A stretch of DNA of 46,952 bases from Candidatus Krumholzibacteriia bacterium (GCA_046484865.1 JAWOID010000086.1:1-46952), one strand, 5' to 3'. Shown: positions 30,257-42,951, counted from the first letter of the stretch. Numbers and translations: made by a program. The notes: a model not told the origin generated them from the sequence alone.

Positions 30257-32617
30257 ATGTGGAGCCACCGCAACGCTCTCACGACTCTCTTCCTCTTCGC
30301 GATCGCGCTCACCGGCCTCTTCGGCTGCCGCGCCTTCGAACCGGAAGCGGTCATCGTCAACAAGCCCCCCGAGACCTACATCGTCGGAGCGCCGGCGGAG
30401 ACCACGGGGGGGTACTACCACTTCCACGTCTACTGGTACGGCTCCGACGCCGACGGCTTCGTCGAGCGCTACGTCTGGGCGCTCACCGACACCGCGCGCG
30501 CGGGTTCGGGCTGGTTCCAGGACAACTCCACCGACGAGGACGAAGAGGACCAGCTCTTCAACCCCGCGGTGAACATCAGCACGCTGGACATCGGGCAGTG
30601 GACCACCCGCACCGACACGATCTTCGACTTCCGTCTCAATGACGGGGCGAACCTCTCCCGGAATCTCACGCTGCACATGGTGGCGGTGGACGACCGCGGC
30701 GCCTTCGACCGCACACCGGCGCGGCTGCACTTCATCAGCAACGCGCTGGGAAATCCCCAGATCACCTTCTTCCGCGGCACTATCGCCAACGGCGAGACCA
30801 CCTTCGCCCCGACGGTCACCGGAAGGGACACGCTGGCGTACGGCACGCCGATGGTCCTGCGCTGGGAGGGCACCACGCCGAACCTCATGGGCTACTCGCC
30901 CGAGCTGCTGGCGCAGCGCGACACCGTGCCTCCGCGCACGGACGGACTCTACGGCTTCCAGTGGCGCATCCCCGGCGCGTTCGGCGACGTCTGGCGGCCG
31001 CGGGAGCTCAACGAGGCGACCGGAGACAGCTTCAGCTACTTCGGCGGGACCAATCAGCTCGTCTTCGAGAACGACGTCCGGAACAGCAGCAACCCGTTCC
31101 GCCTGCGGATGAAGGACAAGCTCAGATTGTACGTGAACACCATCGACGTGGCCGGCGTGCAGGTGCCCGCATTCAAGCAGCTCTTCGAGCTCGACGTGAA
31201 CTTCGAACCCCAGACGGAGATGATCGTCGGGAAGGACCCGTTCTACGCGCAGTCCGACACGAACACCTATCCCTACTTCGTGGTCTTCCACGGGCCGAAC
31301 GCCGGCCTGGCGCAGCCGTTCAATCGCGGCGACCGCGTGCCTGACCGCGCCTACGTCGTGTTCAAGGCCGCCGGGCGGGACGACCCGCGCGATCTGCGGG
31401 ACGATCCCGATTACGGGGTGACGTTCCAGGGTGCCTTCACGGCGCGGGGCTTCTACCAGGGCAGCAACGAGTACACGTTCTCCTCGACCTTCAGCGATAC
31501 CCACCGCACGCTGGCCTGGACCCCGAACGAGCCGGACGGGTGGGCGACCGACACGATCGGCATCTCGGTGGGACCGTTCGATTACACGGTCACCCTGCGT
31601 GGCGTGGACGAGCACGGCCGGCGCGACAACACCCGCGACTCGTTCCAGTTCAGCGCGAATTTCCCGCCCTGCGTGCAGTGCGTGGAGATCCTGGGTCTCG
31701 GCTGGGAGGGCCAGACGGAGGTCACCTACGAAGATCCTTGCGAGATCCAGGCGTGCTTCGCCGACACCACGACCTTGCTGGCGAGGACGCCGGGCCTGGG
31801 CGTGGCGGGCGACCTGGTGCAGGCGGGGCCCGCGCCGATCTGGGTGAACCCGACCTCGGACGAGGTGACGTTCGAACAACCGCCCGGCATCGACTGGTTC
31901 CAGGTCTCCGCGTGGCGATTCACCTACCGGATCGCGCTCCACGGCAGGTCCACCGAGGCGGAGAACGAGTATCCGCCGGACCTCCGTCAGCGCGTCATGG
32001 CCTGGACGTACCAGGTGGACTACGAGCGCGATCTGATCAACCAGATCAGGGACGGCGAGCAAGGCGCTTTCGACACGCCGGACGAGCCGACGGGGATCGA
32101 CAACTTCGGCATCGGCAGCTGGACCAACGAGTTCGGTACGCTGCCGAACAACCGGATCTACATCGACAGCACCGGCATCTGGTACATCACGGTCGATGTC
32201 TACGTGCCGCAGACGCTGCTCTACCAGGGTCCGGAGACATGGTGGATCGAGCTGCTGGGCAATCAGAGCCTTGATCACGAGACCAGGGTGAAGATCTGGA
32301 ATCTCGCGACCCTCCAGCTGGGCGAGGCGAAGGTGCGGGCGCTCGCTACCGACCAGGGCAACTGCCAGCAGCGGAACACGGCGGGCAAGTACTACTACTA
32401 TCAAGGCACCCGCATTCCCGAGCGCTACAATCCGGGGCGCAACTGCAACCCCGGCGAGGCGGCGCCGTTCGTGCTCGGCGAGCTGTTGCTCGAGGACTTC
32501 CGCGCCAACAGCGAGGGCGTGGCGAAGCACTTCCGCATCGGCGTCAAGTGGCACCCCGACGAGCCGGCGTTCTTCGGCGGACCGCCCCCCGGGTCGGCTG
32601 TTGGTCGATTCGAGTGA
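30257..32617 (+). CDS. large lipoprotein (786 aa) with tandem Ig/FN3-like beta-sandwich repeats
   Basis: AGGAG RBS; lipobox LFG-C; NKPPETYI...WYGSDADG...AVDDRGAFDRTPA. Confidence 0.82.
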   Translation: MWSHRNALTTLFLFAIALTGLFGCRAFEPEAVIVNKPPETYIVGAPAETTGGYYHFHVYWYGSDADGFVERYVWALTDTARAGSGWFQDNSTDEDEEDQLFNPAVNISTLDIGQWTTRTDTIFDFRLNDGANLSRNLTLHMVAVDDRGAFDRTPARLHFISNALGNPQITFFRGTIANGETTFAPTVTGRDTLAYGTPMVLRWEGTTPNLMGYSPELLAQRDTVPPRTDGLYGFQWRIPGAFGDVWRPRELNEATGDSFSYFGGTNQLVFENDVRNSSNPFRLRMKDKLRLYVNTIDVAGVQVPAFKQLFELDVNFEPQTEMIVGKDPFYAQSDTNTYPYFVVFHGPNAGLAQPFNRGDRVPDRAYVVFKAAGRDDPRDLRDDPDYGVTFQGAFTARGFYQGSNEYTFSSTFSDTHRTLAWTPNEPDGWATDTIGISVGPFDYTVTLRGVDEHGRRDNTRDSFQFSANFPPCVQCVEILGLGWEGQTEVTYEDPCEIQACFADTTTLLARTPGLGVAGDLVQAGPAPIWVNPTSDEVTFEQPPGIDWFQVSAWRFTYRIALHGRSTEAENEYPPDLRQRVMAWTYQVDYERDLINQIRDGEQGAFDTPDEPTGIDNFGIGSWTNEFGTLPNNRIYIDSTGIWYITVDVYVPQTLLYQGPETWWIELLGNQSLDHETRVKIWNLATLQLGEAKVRALATDQGNCQQRNTAGKYYYYQGTRIPERYNPGRNCNPGEAAPFVLGELLLEDFRANSEGVAKHFRIGVKWHPDEPAFFGGPPPGSAVGRFE

Positions 32618-32637
32618 GATCCAAGGAGATGGCAGAG

Positions 32638-35187
32638 ATGACGAGAAGCATCGTCCTGGCGCTGGCGCTGGGGCTCACCGCGTTCGCCGCCCTCGTGGCC
32701 GGCTGCTCGCCGTCGACCGAACTCGACGGGGCGCCTGTTCCCAACTCGCGTCCCGACACTCGCGTCACCGCACAGCCGCCGTCCATCATCGACGCGGGGT
32801 TCGTCGTGCGCTTCTTCTGGACCGGGAGCGATCCGGACGGCCAGGTCGTCGGGTACCAGTGGCGCATCAGCGACAACGGGACCGACGGCATCAGCATCCA
32901 GGACACCCTGACGTTCGACCCGGCCACCGGGGACACGCTCAATCCCTGGTTGTTCACCACGGCCACCGATTCGGTGTTCTTCGTGAGCGCGGATATCGCC
33001 GGTTTTCCCTCGGATCCCGCGAACAACGCCCGCAGTTTCCAGTCGCACAGCTTCTGGGTGCGGGCGGTGGACGATGACGGGGACGTCGATCCCACGCCCG
33101 CGTACGTCAGCTTCACCGCCACCACGATCCTGCCCACCATCCGCATCGACGTGCCTGGCACGTACGCGGGCGGTACCTACGCGGGCGCAGCACCGCCGGC
33201 GCCCACGTTCGGCTGGATCGGCGAGGACCCCGATTACAGTCTCAACATGCCGACGCAGGTGCGTTACATGGTGAAGCCCGCCTACGTGGAAGGACTGGGC
33301 TATGTCTCCACGCCGGTGGACTTCCGCGAAAACGTGGAGACGCTCGTGAGCTTCAGCGACTCGCTGTGGGGTCCCTGGATAACCTACGATGCCGACGCCT
33401 CGAAGCGCCGCGTGAACCTCGGCATCCTGCCCCAGTTCGAGGGCGAAGGTGAGAACCGGACGCCGATCTACTACCTGTTCGCCGTCCAGGCCCGCGACAC
33501 GGCGGGAGCCGTCAGCGTCGGCCGTGGCTACGGCACCCAGGTGGCGAACTTCCGCATCTCGTTGACGAAGACGCCGAAGGTGCGGGTCTTCGAGCCATAC
33601 TTGATGCCCACCCCCGAGGAGGCCATCGGGACCGAGGCCACCGACAGCTACGACGTGGCCGCCGGGCAGCCGATGAACTTCAGCTGGAACGCCTCGGCCG
33701 CCGAATACGCCGGCGAGGTGATCTCGTACCGTTACGGGTGGGACGTGGTCGACCCGGACGACGAGAACGATCTCGGCTGGGCCATCGCCCCGGGCCTGTC
33801 GCCGCAGCACCGGCGGGCGCCGACCCAGATCTTCACGTCGGGTACGCACACGCTGACCATCCGCGTCGTCGACGACTCGTCCCAGGTGACGCTCTACACG
33901 GTGGTGCTCAACGTGGTGCCGGTGCCGGACCGGGCCAACCAGTATCCGCTGCTGCTGGTGGACGACGCGTCCGACCGGAACAGCCAGGCCTGGCCGTCGC
34001 GAGACCGCCGGATCAAGTACGACAACGACGAGCACCGCGACGCTTTCTGGGAGGATCTGCTCACCGGGCCCGGCGGAGTCGACGCATTCATCCCGAGCCG
34101 CGACATCCTCGACAGCGAGGACCTCATCCTCGAGTACCGCACCGCCGTGAGGTACCGGGTGCTGCTGTGGACTGCCAAGTACACGACGAACACCAACAAC
34201 ACGATCAACAACGCGTTCAGGCCCGCCGGAACGCTGCCCGGTGTGGTGGACAAGTTCATCTGGCTCGGCAGTTATTTGGACAAGGTCGGCAACGTGCTGC
34301 TCACCGGCAGCCGGGTCATGAACCAGTTCCTGTCCAGTTCCAACTTCATGGTGCCCATCGTCTTCCAGTCGTACGAGGAACGATACACGCTCAACAACGA
34401 GATGTACTGGGTGGGCTGGCCGGAGGTGGAACTGCCGGACGGCACGATGCTGCGCCTGGGTCCCGACCGGTTCCCGGCGCGCGTGATCGGTTTGGCGGCG
34501 ATCGACCAGATGAGTCCCCGGTACAACATCTACGCGCGGCCGTTCAACGGTGACCAGGATCGATCGGGCAACTGCGCGGCTTTGAAGGCGCTCGTGCTCG
34601 ACGAGGACTTCGCGGGGCTGTACACGCCGGGCGGAGGCGCGATTCCCGACACGATCCACACCGAGCCGCTGATCGACTGGCAGGTCACCCGGAGCAACAT
34701 CTTCGATGATCCCGCCGGGACCCCGGTGACCCAGCTCCAGACGCCCTACCTGTGGGGGTCGGACGAGTTCTATGACGACGTGGGCGTGGGCAATCGTCCC
34801 ATCACGATGATGCCGCAGCAGTGTCAGGTGGACGGCGTCACGACCGATTGCGTCGAGCCCATGTTCCGGGCGATCGCGCGGTACGACTGGTTCCGCGCCA
34901 CCACGGCCGAACTCGGGCAGCCCGACTTCATCACGGACACCTACTCGCGCGACGAACTGTTGGCGAGCGGCGTGTGCGGCCCGATGGGCCTGAAGCAGGA
35001 CCTGAGCGGAGCGCTCACCAACGGCGTCGTCGTCGGATTCATGACCAACAAGACGGTCACGAACAAGCCCGGTCGCAAGCAGGACGTGGTCTGGGGATTC
35101 GACGCCTACCGATTCGACTGGAACCAGATGACCCAGACGGTGCGGTGGGTGCTCGGAGAGCACTTCGGCCTGACCATGCGCCCGTGA
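32638..35187 (+). CDS. large lipoprotein (849 aa), paralogous N-terminal Ig-like repeats plus C-terminal alpha/beta domain
   Basis: AAGGAG RBS; lipobox VAG-C; NSRPDTRV...WTGSDPDG...AVDDDGDVDPTPA. Confidence 0.82.
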   Translation: MTRSIVLALALGLTAFAALVAGCSPSTELDGAPVPNSRPDTRVTAQPPSIIDAGFVVRFFWTGSDPDGQVVGYQWRISDNGTDGISIQDTLTFDPATGDTLNPWLFTTATDSVFFVSADIAGFPSDPANNARSFQSHSFWVRAVDDDGDVDPTPAYVSFTATTILPTIRIDVPGTYAGGTYAGAAPPAPTFGWIGEDPDYSLNMPTQVRYMVKPAYVEGLGYVSTPVDFRENVETLVSFSDSLWGPWITYDADASKRRVNLGILPQFEGEGENRTPIYYLFAVQARDTAGAVSVGRGYGTQVANFRISLTKTPKVRVFEPYLMPTPEEAIGTEATDSYDVAAGQPMNFSWNASAAEYAGEVISYRYGWDVVDPDDENDLGWAIAPGLSPQHRRAPTQIFTSGTHTLTIRVVDDSSQVTLYTVVLNVVPVPDRANQYPLLLVDDASDRNSQAWPSRDRRIKYDNDEHRDAFWEDLLTGPGGVDAFIPSRDILDSEDLILEYRTAVRYRVLLWTAKYTTNTNNTINNAFRPAGTLPGVVDKFIWLGSYLDKVGNVLLTGSRVMNQFLSSSNFMVPIVFQSYEERYTLNNEMYWVGWPEVELPDGTMLRLGPDRFPARVIGLAAIDQMSPRYNIYARPFNGDQDRSGNCAALKALVLDEDFAGLYTPGGGAIPDTIHTEPLIDWQVTRSNIFDDPAGTPVTQLQTPYLWGSDEFYDDVGVGNRPITMMPQQCQVDGVTTDCVEPMFRAIARYDWFRATTAELGQPDFITDTYSRDELLASGVCGPMGLKQDLSGALTNGVVVGFMTNKTVTNKPGRKQDVVWGFDAYRFDWNQMTQTVRWVLGEHFGLTMRP

Positions 35188-35260
35188 CGTCGCCGGAGCG
35201 GGCCCGGTGCGCGCCGGGCCCGCTCCGGACCGCATGCATCACCACAGGAAGGCAGAGAGC

Positions 35261-37624
35261 ATGAGAAGCGGAGCCCACCGTGGGCGCCTGATCATCGCGG
35301 CCCTGGCGCTGGCAGCCGCCGGAGTGGCAGCCGGTGGCACGGCGGCTCAGACCTGGAATTGCGGTGCCGATTCCCTGCGTCTGGCGACCCCGCCCGAGAT
35401 CACGGTCTCTCTCGTCCTGACCGATACCGTCCGGGCCGGGGGCCGGGTGGGCGCCCTCGTGCGCTGGGACGATCTCGACGACTCCGTTTCCGCCTGCGCG
35501 GTGCTCAAGGACACCACGGGCTTCGGGGCGCCGTTGACGCTCAGCGGCGAATACGCCGACGATGTCGACCGGGTGCTCGCATTCGAGGTCCTGGCCGACG
35601 GCGAGGTCGGTTCGCGGACCCAGAACCGCTTGCCCGTGCGCTGGAGCAACGCCTTCGTCTCCCGTACGGGGACAATCGTCGGCGAGATCAACCTCAGCAA
35701 CAGCGGCGGCGTGTGGCGCTGGGATCCGGCCTCGGATACCTGGGAGCAGCGGAACGGCGGTTTGCCCAACTACCTGCCGTACACCAACGTCGTTGCCATG
35801 GACGTGTCGACTGCGGGCGGCGCTCGCAACCGTCTGGTGGCACTCTCCGGCGGCGAGACCAACACGAGCCTCTATCGCGGGCTCTACCTGGCGGAAAACG
35901 ACGGCCCGTACCAGCGCATCGCGGCCGACATCTTCACGGACACCCGCGGCATCACGGCGGTGGCGTACGCGCCGGGTTCGACGGACCGTTTCGCCGTGGG
36001 CACGAGGTCGGACGGCCTGTTCGTCACCACCGACGGCGGCGCCACGTTCCGCCAGCTCAGGAGCGAACTGGAACCGGCGGCGATCCAGCCGTCCGAGTTC
36101 AGGATCACCGCCCTCCACTGGACCGCCAGCCGGCTCTACGTCGCCGTGCGCGCGTTCGGACTCTTCGCCTCGGAGGACGGCGGGCAGAACTTCACCCGGT
36201 TCGGCCAGCTGCGCTTGCCGCAGAACCTGGACGTGACCGGATCTCCGCTTGCCTATCCCGAAGTCCTGCGCATCCACGAGGCACGGCAGGACATGAACCA
36301 CGTCGTCCTGGGACTGCGGGATCACGGCCTCTACCACACCCTGGACGCGGGGGCGAGCTGGCAGAACCTCACCGGCGGATTGACGGTGCCGGATCCCGAA
36401 CAGCCCGGCGCCTGGCGCCACAGCGCCGCCTCGTTCCTGTTCGCGGCCGGCGGTCCTGGCACCGGCGACGACCTCTACGTGCTGGGCACCTCGCAGCGCG
36501 GCCTCTTCCGCAGCTGGGACGGCGGCGCCAGCTGGAGTCGCATCGCCGGCGACCTGCTGGAGGACTCGGGCTGGGTGACGGTGCCGATCGCGGGTCTGGT
36601 GGCGGTTCCCGGCCGGCCCGGCCATCTGCTGGCGGCGGCCTCCACGCTCGGGCTCCTGTACAGCCCCAACGCCGGGGTCGACTGGAGCCTGCTGCCGGGC
36701 CAGCCGGCCATCAGTCAAGCGGTGGACCTGGTGACCGGCGCCGACGGCGCCCTCTACTACGCCACGTACGGCGGCGGTATCTACCGCGCCGGCGAGAGCT
36801 TCTCGATCAGTTCCACGATCCTGCCCGGCAGCACTGCGGACGAGTACGACGATCTCGACCTCGGCCTCGATCTGGCGGTCGGGCAAGGGGTTCTGGAAAC
36901 GCAGGCCACCTTCAAGGTGGTGGCGCAGGACTTCCAGGGCTGGATCGTGTGGCGGTCGCTCCGGGAGAACCCCGACGACATGCAGATGATCGGACGATAC
37001 GACAAGACCAACCCTGAGACCTGCATCGTGGGCTACTGCGGCGAGGATTTCGCACTGCTGCCGAACTGTTTCGGCGAGCGGCGCGCGGCCTGCTTCGACT
37101 TCCGCACGCCGGGCGAGATCTCGTTCTACGACGACGACATCTACAACGCCTTCGACTACTACTACTCCGTGACCACGTTCGACTACGGCAACACGGCCGA
37201 CGTGGCCCCGACCGCGCTCAGGAAGCCCATGATCTTCTCACCCCGCTTCGCAGGCGATCCTCATTCGCCCTTCGATGGCGAGGGCAACCGCCAGGCGTTC
37301 CAGGTGAACTTCCCGGTCCAGCCGGCGCCGGACGGACCGGAGATCTACGCATTCCCGAATCCCCTGCGGGGCGGGACCGGGTTCCCGGGCGGAGAAGGCG
37401 ACCAGGTGGTGTTCGCCAACCTGCCGCAGAATTCGCGCGTGCTGGTGTTCACCATGGCCGGCGACATCGTGGCGGAGGTCGGCCCTGAGAGCCAGGTGGA
37501 GTCGAACATCTACTGGAGGGCCCGCAACTCCGACAATCAGCTGCTGGCCTCGGGCATCTACATCTGGAAGGTGGAGATGCCGGAGCGGGGCGATTTCTGG
37601 GGACGGCTGGTGATCATTCGCTGA
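35261..37624 (+). CDS. secreted BNR/Asp-box beta-propeller protein with FN3-like region and CTD (787 aa)
   Basis: Signal peptide; Asp-boxes TTDGGATF, SEDGGQNF, TLDAGASW, SWDGGASW, SPNAGVDW; CTD AFPNP...FANLP...ASGIYIWKVE...GRLVIIR. Confidence 0.82.
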   Translation: MRSGAHRGRLIIAALALAAAGVAAGGTAAQTWNCGADSLRLATPPEITVSLVLTDTVRAGGRVGALVRWDDLDDSVSACAVLKDTTGFGAPLTLSGEYADDVDRVLAFEVLADGEVGSRTQNRLPVRWSNAFVSRTGTIVGEINLSNSGGVWRWDPASDTWEQRNGGLPNYLPYTNVVAMDVSTAGGARNRLVALSGGETNTSLYRGLYLAENDGPYQRIAADIFTDTRGITAVAYAPGSTDRFAVGTRSDGLFVTTDGGATFRQLRSELEPAAIQPSEFRITALHWTASRLYVAVRAFGLFASEDGGQNFTRFGQLRLPQNLDVTGSPLAYPEVLRIHEARQDMNHVVLGLRDHGLYHTLDAGASWQNLTGGLTVPDPEQPGAWRHSAASFLFAAGGPGTGDDLYVLGTSQRGLFRSWDGGASWSRIAGDLLEDSGWVTVPIAGLVAVPGRPGHLLAAASTLGLLYSPNAGVDWSLLPGQPAISQAVDLVTGADGALYYATYGGGIYRAGESFSISSTILPGSTADEYDDLDLGLDLAVGQGVLETQATFKVVAQDFQGWIVWRSLRENPDDMQMIGRYDKTNPETCIVGYCGEDFALLPNCFGERRAACFDFRTPGEISFYDDDIYNAFDYYYSVTTFDYGNTADVAPTALRKPMIFSPRFAGDPHSPFDGEGNRQAFQVNFPVQPAPDGPEIYAFPNPLRGGTGFPGGEGDQVVFANLPQNSRVLVFTMAGDIVAEVGPESQVESNIYWRARNSDNQLLASGIYIWKVEMPERGDFWGRLVIIR

Positions 37625-37652
37625 GCCGGCCTGGGCCACACGAGACATCTTT

Positions 37653-37685
37653 CGACGCGGCGTCCCCCCGGGGGCGCCGCCGTCG
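37653..37685 (+). terminator. GC-rich stem-loop after the propeller gene (no U-tract)
   Basis: GCGGCGTCCC pairs with GGGGCGCCGC, extended by CGAC/GTCG. Confidence 0.4.
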
Positions 37686-37781
37686 TCGGCGGACCGCACG
37701 ACGGGGCAGCCGGATCGCCCGGGGCTTCGCCGGATATCGGCCCGGGGTTGCCCGGCAGGCCGCGCCGGCGGTCGATCCGCC

Positions 37782-37809
37782 TTGTAGCACGGGCGTTCCC
37801 GATTATACT
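37782..37809 (+). promoter_or_regulatory. sigma70 promoter of ppdK
   Basis: TTGTAG-N16-TATACT. Confidence 0.55.
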
Positions 37810-37935
37810 TGGATCGTTGATGCAAACCTGCGGCCGCGCCACCCGCGCGCGGCCCCCACCTGCGGGGCCGGAACCTGGGGTTCCGGCTCCGTTACGGATC
37901 AGCCCCGGTGCGGATCAGAGAGGGACGGAGGCGCC

Positions 37936-40641
<2,706 letters not shown>

Positions 40642-40644
40642 CCC

Positions 40645-42951
40645 GTGCTCCGCATCGACTGGGCATGGCCGGACTGGGCATGGCCGCTCCTGCTGCTCGC
40701 GGCGGGGGCGGCCGTGCTGTTCGCCGTCCGTGTCTATCGACTCACGGTTCCGGCGCCGGCGCCGGGGCTGCGTCGGTTCCTGACCGCACTGCGCGGCGCG
40801 GCTCTGGTGTTGCTCCTGGTGGCGGTGGCGCGCCCGGTGCTTTCGCGGCTGGGCAGCGAGTTCGTCCCGCCCGAGGTGGCGGTGATCGTCGACGACTCCG
40901 CGAGCATGCAGATCGCCGACGCCGTCGACGCGGCGACCGACCGGGACGGGCCGCGGGCGTCGCGCTGGGATGCCGCCGGGGCGGTGGCGGGCAGGGTAGC
41001 CGCGGTTCTCGCCGCTCGCGACGATCCGGTGCGGGTGGAGGTGCTGCGGGGCAACGGTATCGATGCGCTGCGACCCCTGCCCGCGGATGGGGGTGAGCCG
41101 GTGGCCGTGGGGACCGACCTCACCCGCCTTCTCTTCCAAGCGGCGCAGCGGTTCGCCGGGAGGCCGCTGGGGGCCGTGCTGCTGCTGAGCGACGGGCACG
41201 AGACCGTCAGCGACGCTGCCGTGTCGGCTGCCGCCCCGGCGGGTGCGGAGCTTCACCTGGTGGGTCTGGGTGATCCGGTCGGGCCTCCGGATCGGGTCCT
41301 GCGGGACCTGCGCTATCCCGACGTCGCCTTCGAGGGTGACGAGGTCGTGATCGAACTGGCGGTGGGCCAGCGCTTCGCCGCCGGCGCGGACAGCCTGCCG
41401 CTGACCGTGCAACTGCTGGAGGACGGGGAGCCGGTAACGGAGACCAGCCGGGCGACCGCGGGCGAGGTGACGCGCCTGGAACTCGCCTTCCGTCCCCGGG
41501 AAGCCGGCCTGCACGTCTATCGTCTGGTGGTCTCGCCGATCGACAACGAGCGTTACCTTGCCAACAACGAGGCGACCATCGCGGTGAACGTCCGGAAGGA
41601 GCGGGCGCAGTTGCTGCTGCTGGCCGACCGGCCCGGATGGGACGCTCGTTTCCTCGCGCAGGCGGCCGCCCGCGAGCGCCGGCTCGAACTGGACGTCGTG
41701 TATCCGGGACCCGCTGGCCCGCTCCTTGCCGACAGCCTCACCGTCTGGACGCCGCCAGCGGATGCCGACGGATGGCACCGGTGGGAGGGTGTGATCCTTC
41801 TCGGCTGGGAGGGGCGCACCGGACCGATCGACTGGCCGGTGCTCGCCGAGGCCGTGCGTGAGGGGCTGGGCCTCTGGGTCCTGCCGCCGGCGTTCGACCT
41901 CTCCCGCGCGCCGGCACCGGCACGTCTGCCGGCCGCGCTGGCGGAACTGCTCCCCGTCGCCGGCCGCGACCTGCCGGCTCGGCCGGGCGAGTGGCTGGTC
42001 CGCGTGCCGGGGGACGCCCCCGGGCACCCGGTGCTCGCGGGCGTGACGGACGATGGCGGAGCCGGGGGGCCGGGAGCCCGTCCGGCCGGACTCACGGGCC
42101 TGCCGCCGCTGGAGGTCCTGCTGCCTGCCGCGCCGGGCGCGGACGACCGGGTGCTGCTGGTCGCGCGACAGCGAGATGCCGGCGACCTGGAGCTGCCCCT
42201 GCTGATCGTCGGCACGCGGGGCGAAGGGCGCGTGATCTGGTTCGGCGGACGGCGTCTCTGGGAACTGGCGTTCTGGGAGCGTCCGGGGGAGGCCGGCCCG
42301 GCCGGCGAGCAGCCCATGCGGCGACTGCTCCGCAACCTCCTGGTCTGGACGGCATCGGGACGCGAGGAGGGTGGACTCGCCCTGGTGGGACGACGGCATG
42401 TCTTCCAGGAGGGGGAGCGGATCCGGATCGAGGCCCAGTGGCGAGACATCCGGGGCGAGCCGGTGCTCGGACGCCCGGTCGCCGTCGAGGTGCGAGAACA
42501 CGACGAGAGCGCGACAGGGGATCCGGCGGAGGCGCCGCCGCGCCGGTACTCGCTGGCGCCGGTTCCCGGTCTGGCCGGCATCAGCGCGGCGCTGCTGCCC
42601 CCGTTGCCGCCGGGTCGGTATGACGTACGCCCGGTGGCCGTGGGCGGCGACGAGACCGCGGACTGGCAGCCGCTCGTCGTGACCGGGAGTTCCGTGGAAC
42701 GCGCGCAGGTGCGACAGGACCGCCGACGCCTGCGTCAACTCGCGGCCGCCGCGGGCGGCCGCTATCACGACACCTCGACCGCCGGCGCCGTCGCCGACCT
42801 TCTGGACGCGGTCGCCGCGCTGGAACTCGAGAGCGAGGAACGCCGGCTGCGCCGGCGATGGGACCTCTGGGCCGGCTGGCCGCTGCTCGTGGCCGCCGCC
42901 GTGCTGCTGGCCACCGAGTGGATCCTGCGGCGACGGTACGGACTGCTCTGA
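40645..42951 (+). CDS. membrane-anchored vWA-like + Ig-like + GATase1-like domain protein
   Basis: Two N-terminal TM helices; MIDAS-like DDSASM, GTDL, LLSDG; ERYLANN; GEGRVIW; C-terminal TM ending EWILRRRYGLL. Confidence 0.75.
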   Translation: MLRIDWAWPDWAWPLLLLAAGAAVLFAVRVYRLTVPAPAPGLRRFLTALRGAALVLLLVAVARPVLSRLGSEFVPPEVAVIVDDSASMQIADAVDAATDRDGPRASRWDAAGAVAGRVAAVLAARDDPVRVEVLRGNGIDALRPLPADGGEPVAVGTDLTRLLFQAAQRFAGRPLGAVLLLSDGHETVSDAAVSAAAPAGAELHLVGLGDPVGPPDRVLRDLRYPDVAFEGDEVVIELAVGQRFAAGADSLPLTVQLLEDGEPVTETSRATAGEVTRLELAFRPREAGLHVYRLVVSPIDNERYLANNEATIAVNVRKERAQLLLLADRPGWDARFLAQAAARERRLELDVVYPGPAGPLLADSLTVWTPPADADGWHRWEGVILLGWEGRTGPIDWPVLAEAVREGLGLWVLPPAFDLSRAPAPARLPAALAELLPVAGRDLPARPGEWLVRVPGDAPGHPVLAGVTDDGGAGGPGARPAGLTGLPPLEVLLPAAPGADDRVLLVARQRDAGDLELPLLIVGTRGEGRVIWFGGRRLWELAFWERPGEAGPAGEQPMRRLLRNLLVWTASGREEGGLALVGRRHVFQEGERIRIEAQWRDIRGEPVLGRPVAVEVREHDESATGDPAEAPPRRYSLAPVPGLAGISAALLPPLPPGRYDVRPVAVGGDETADWQPLVVTGSSVERAQVRQDRRRLRQLAAAAGGRYHDTSTAGAVADLLDAVAALELESEERRLRRRWDLWAGWPLLVAAAVLLATEWILRRRYGLL
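40657..40686 (+). repeat. perfect 15-bp tandem duplication GACTGGGCATGGCCG x2 (DWAWP DWAWP)
   Basis: Read directly. Confidence 0.9.

Noticed and set aside
26917..35187. Lower-GC stretch as a recent horizontally acquired island
   Set aside because: Third positions remain mostly G/C and the drop follows amino-acid composition; no integrase, transposase, tRNA or att repeats
26830..35235. Long minus-strand ORFs (1177, 768 and 936 aa) opposite the secreted proteins
   Set aside because: In-register antisense shadows of strongly codon-biased + strand genes
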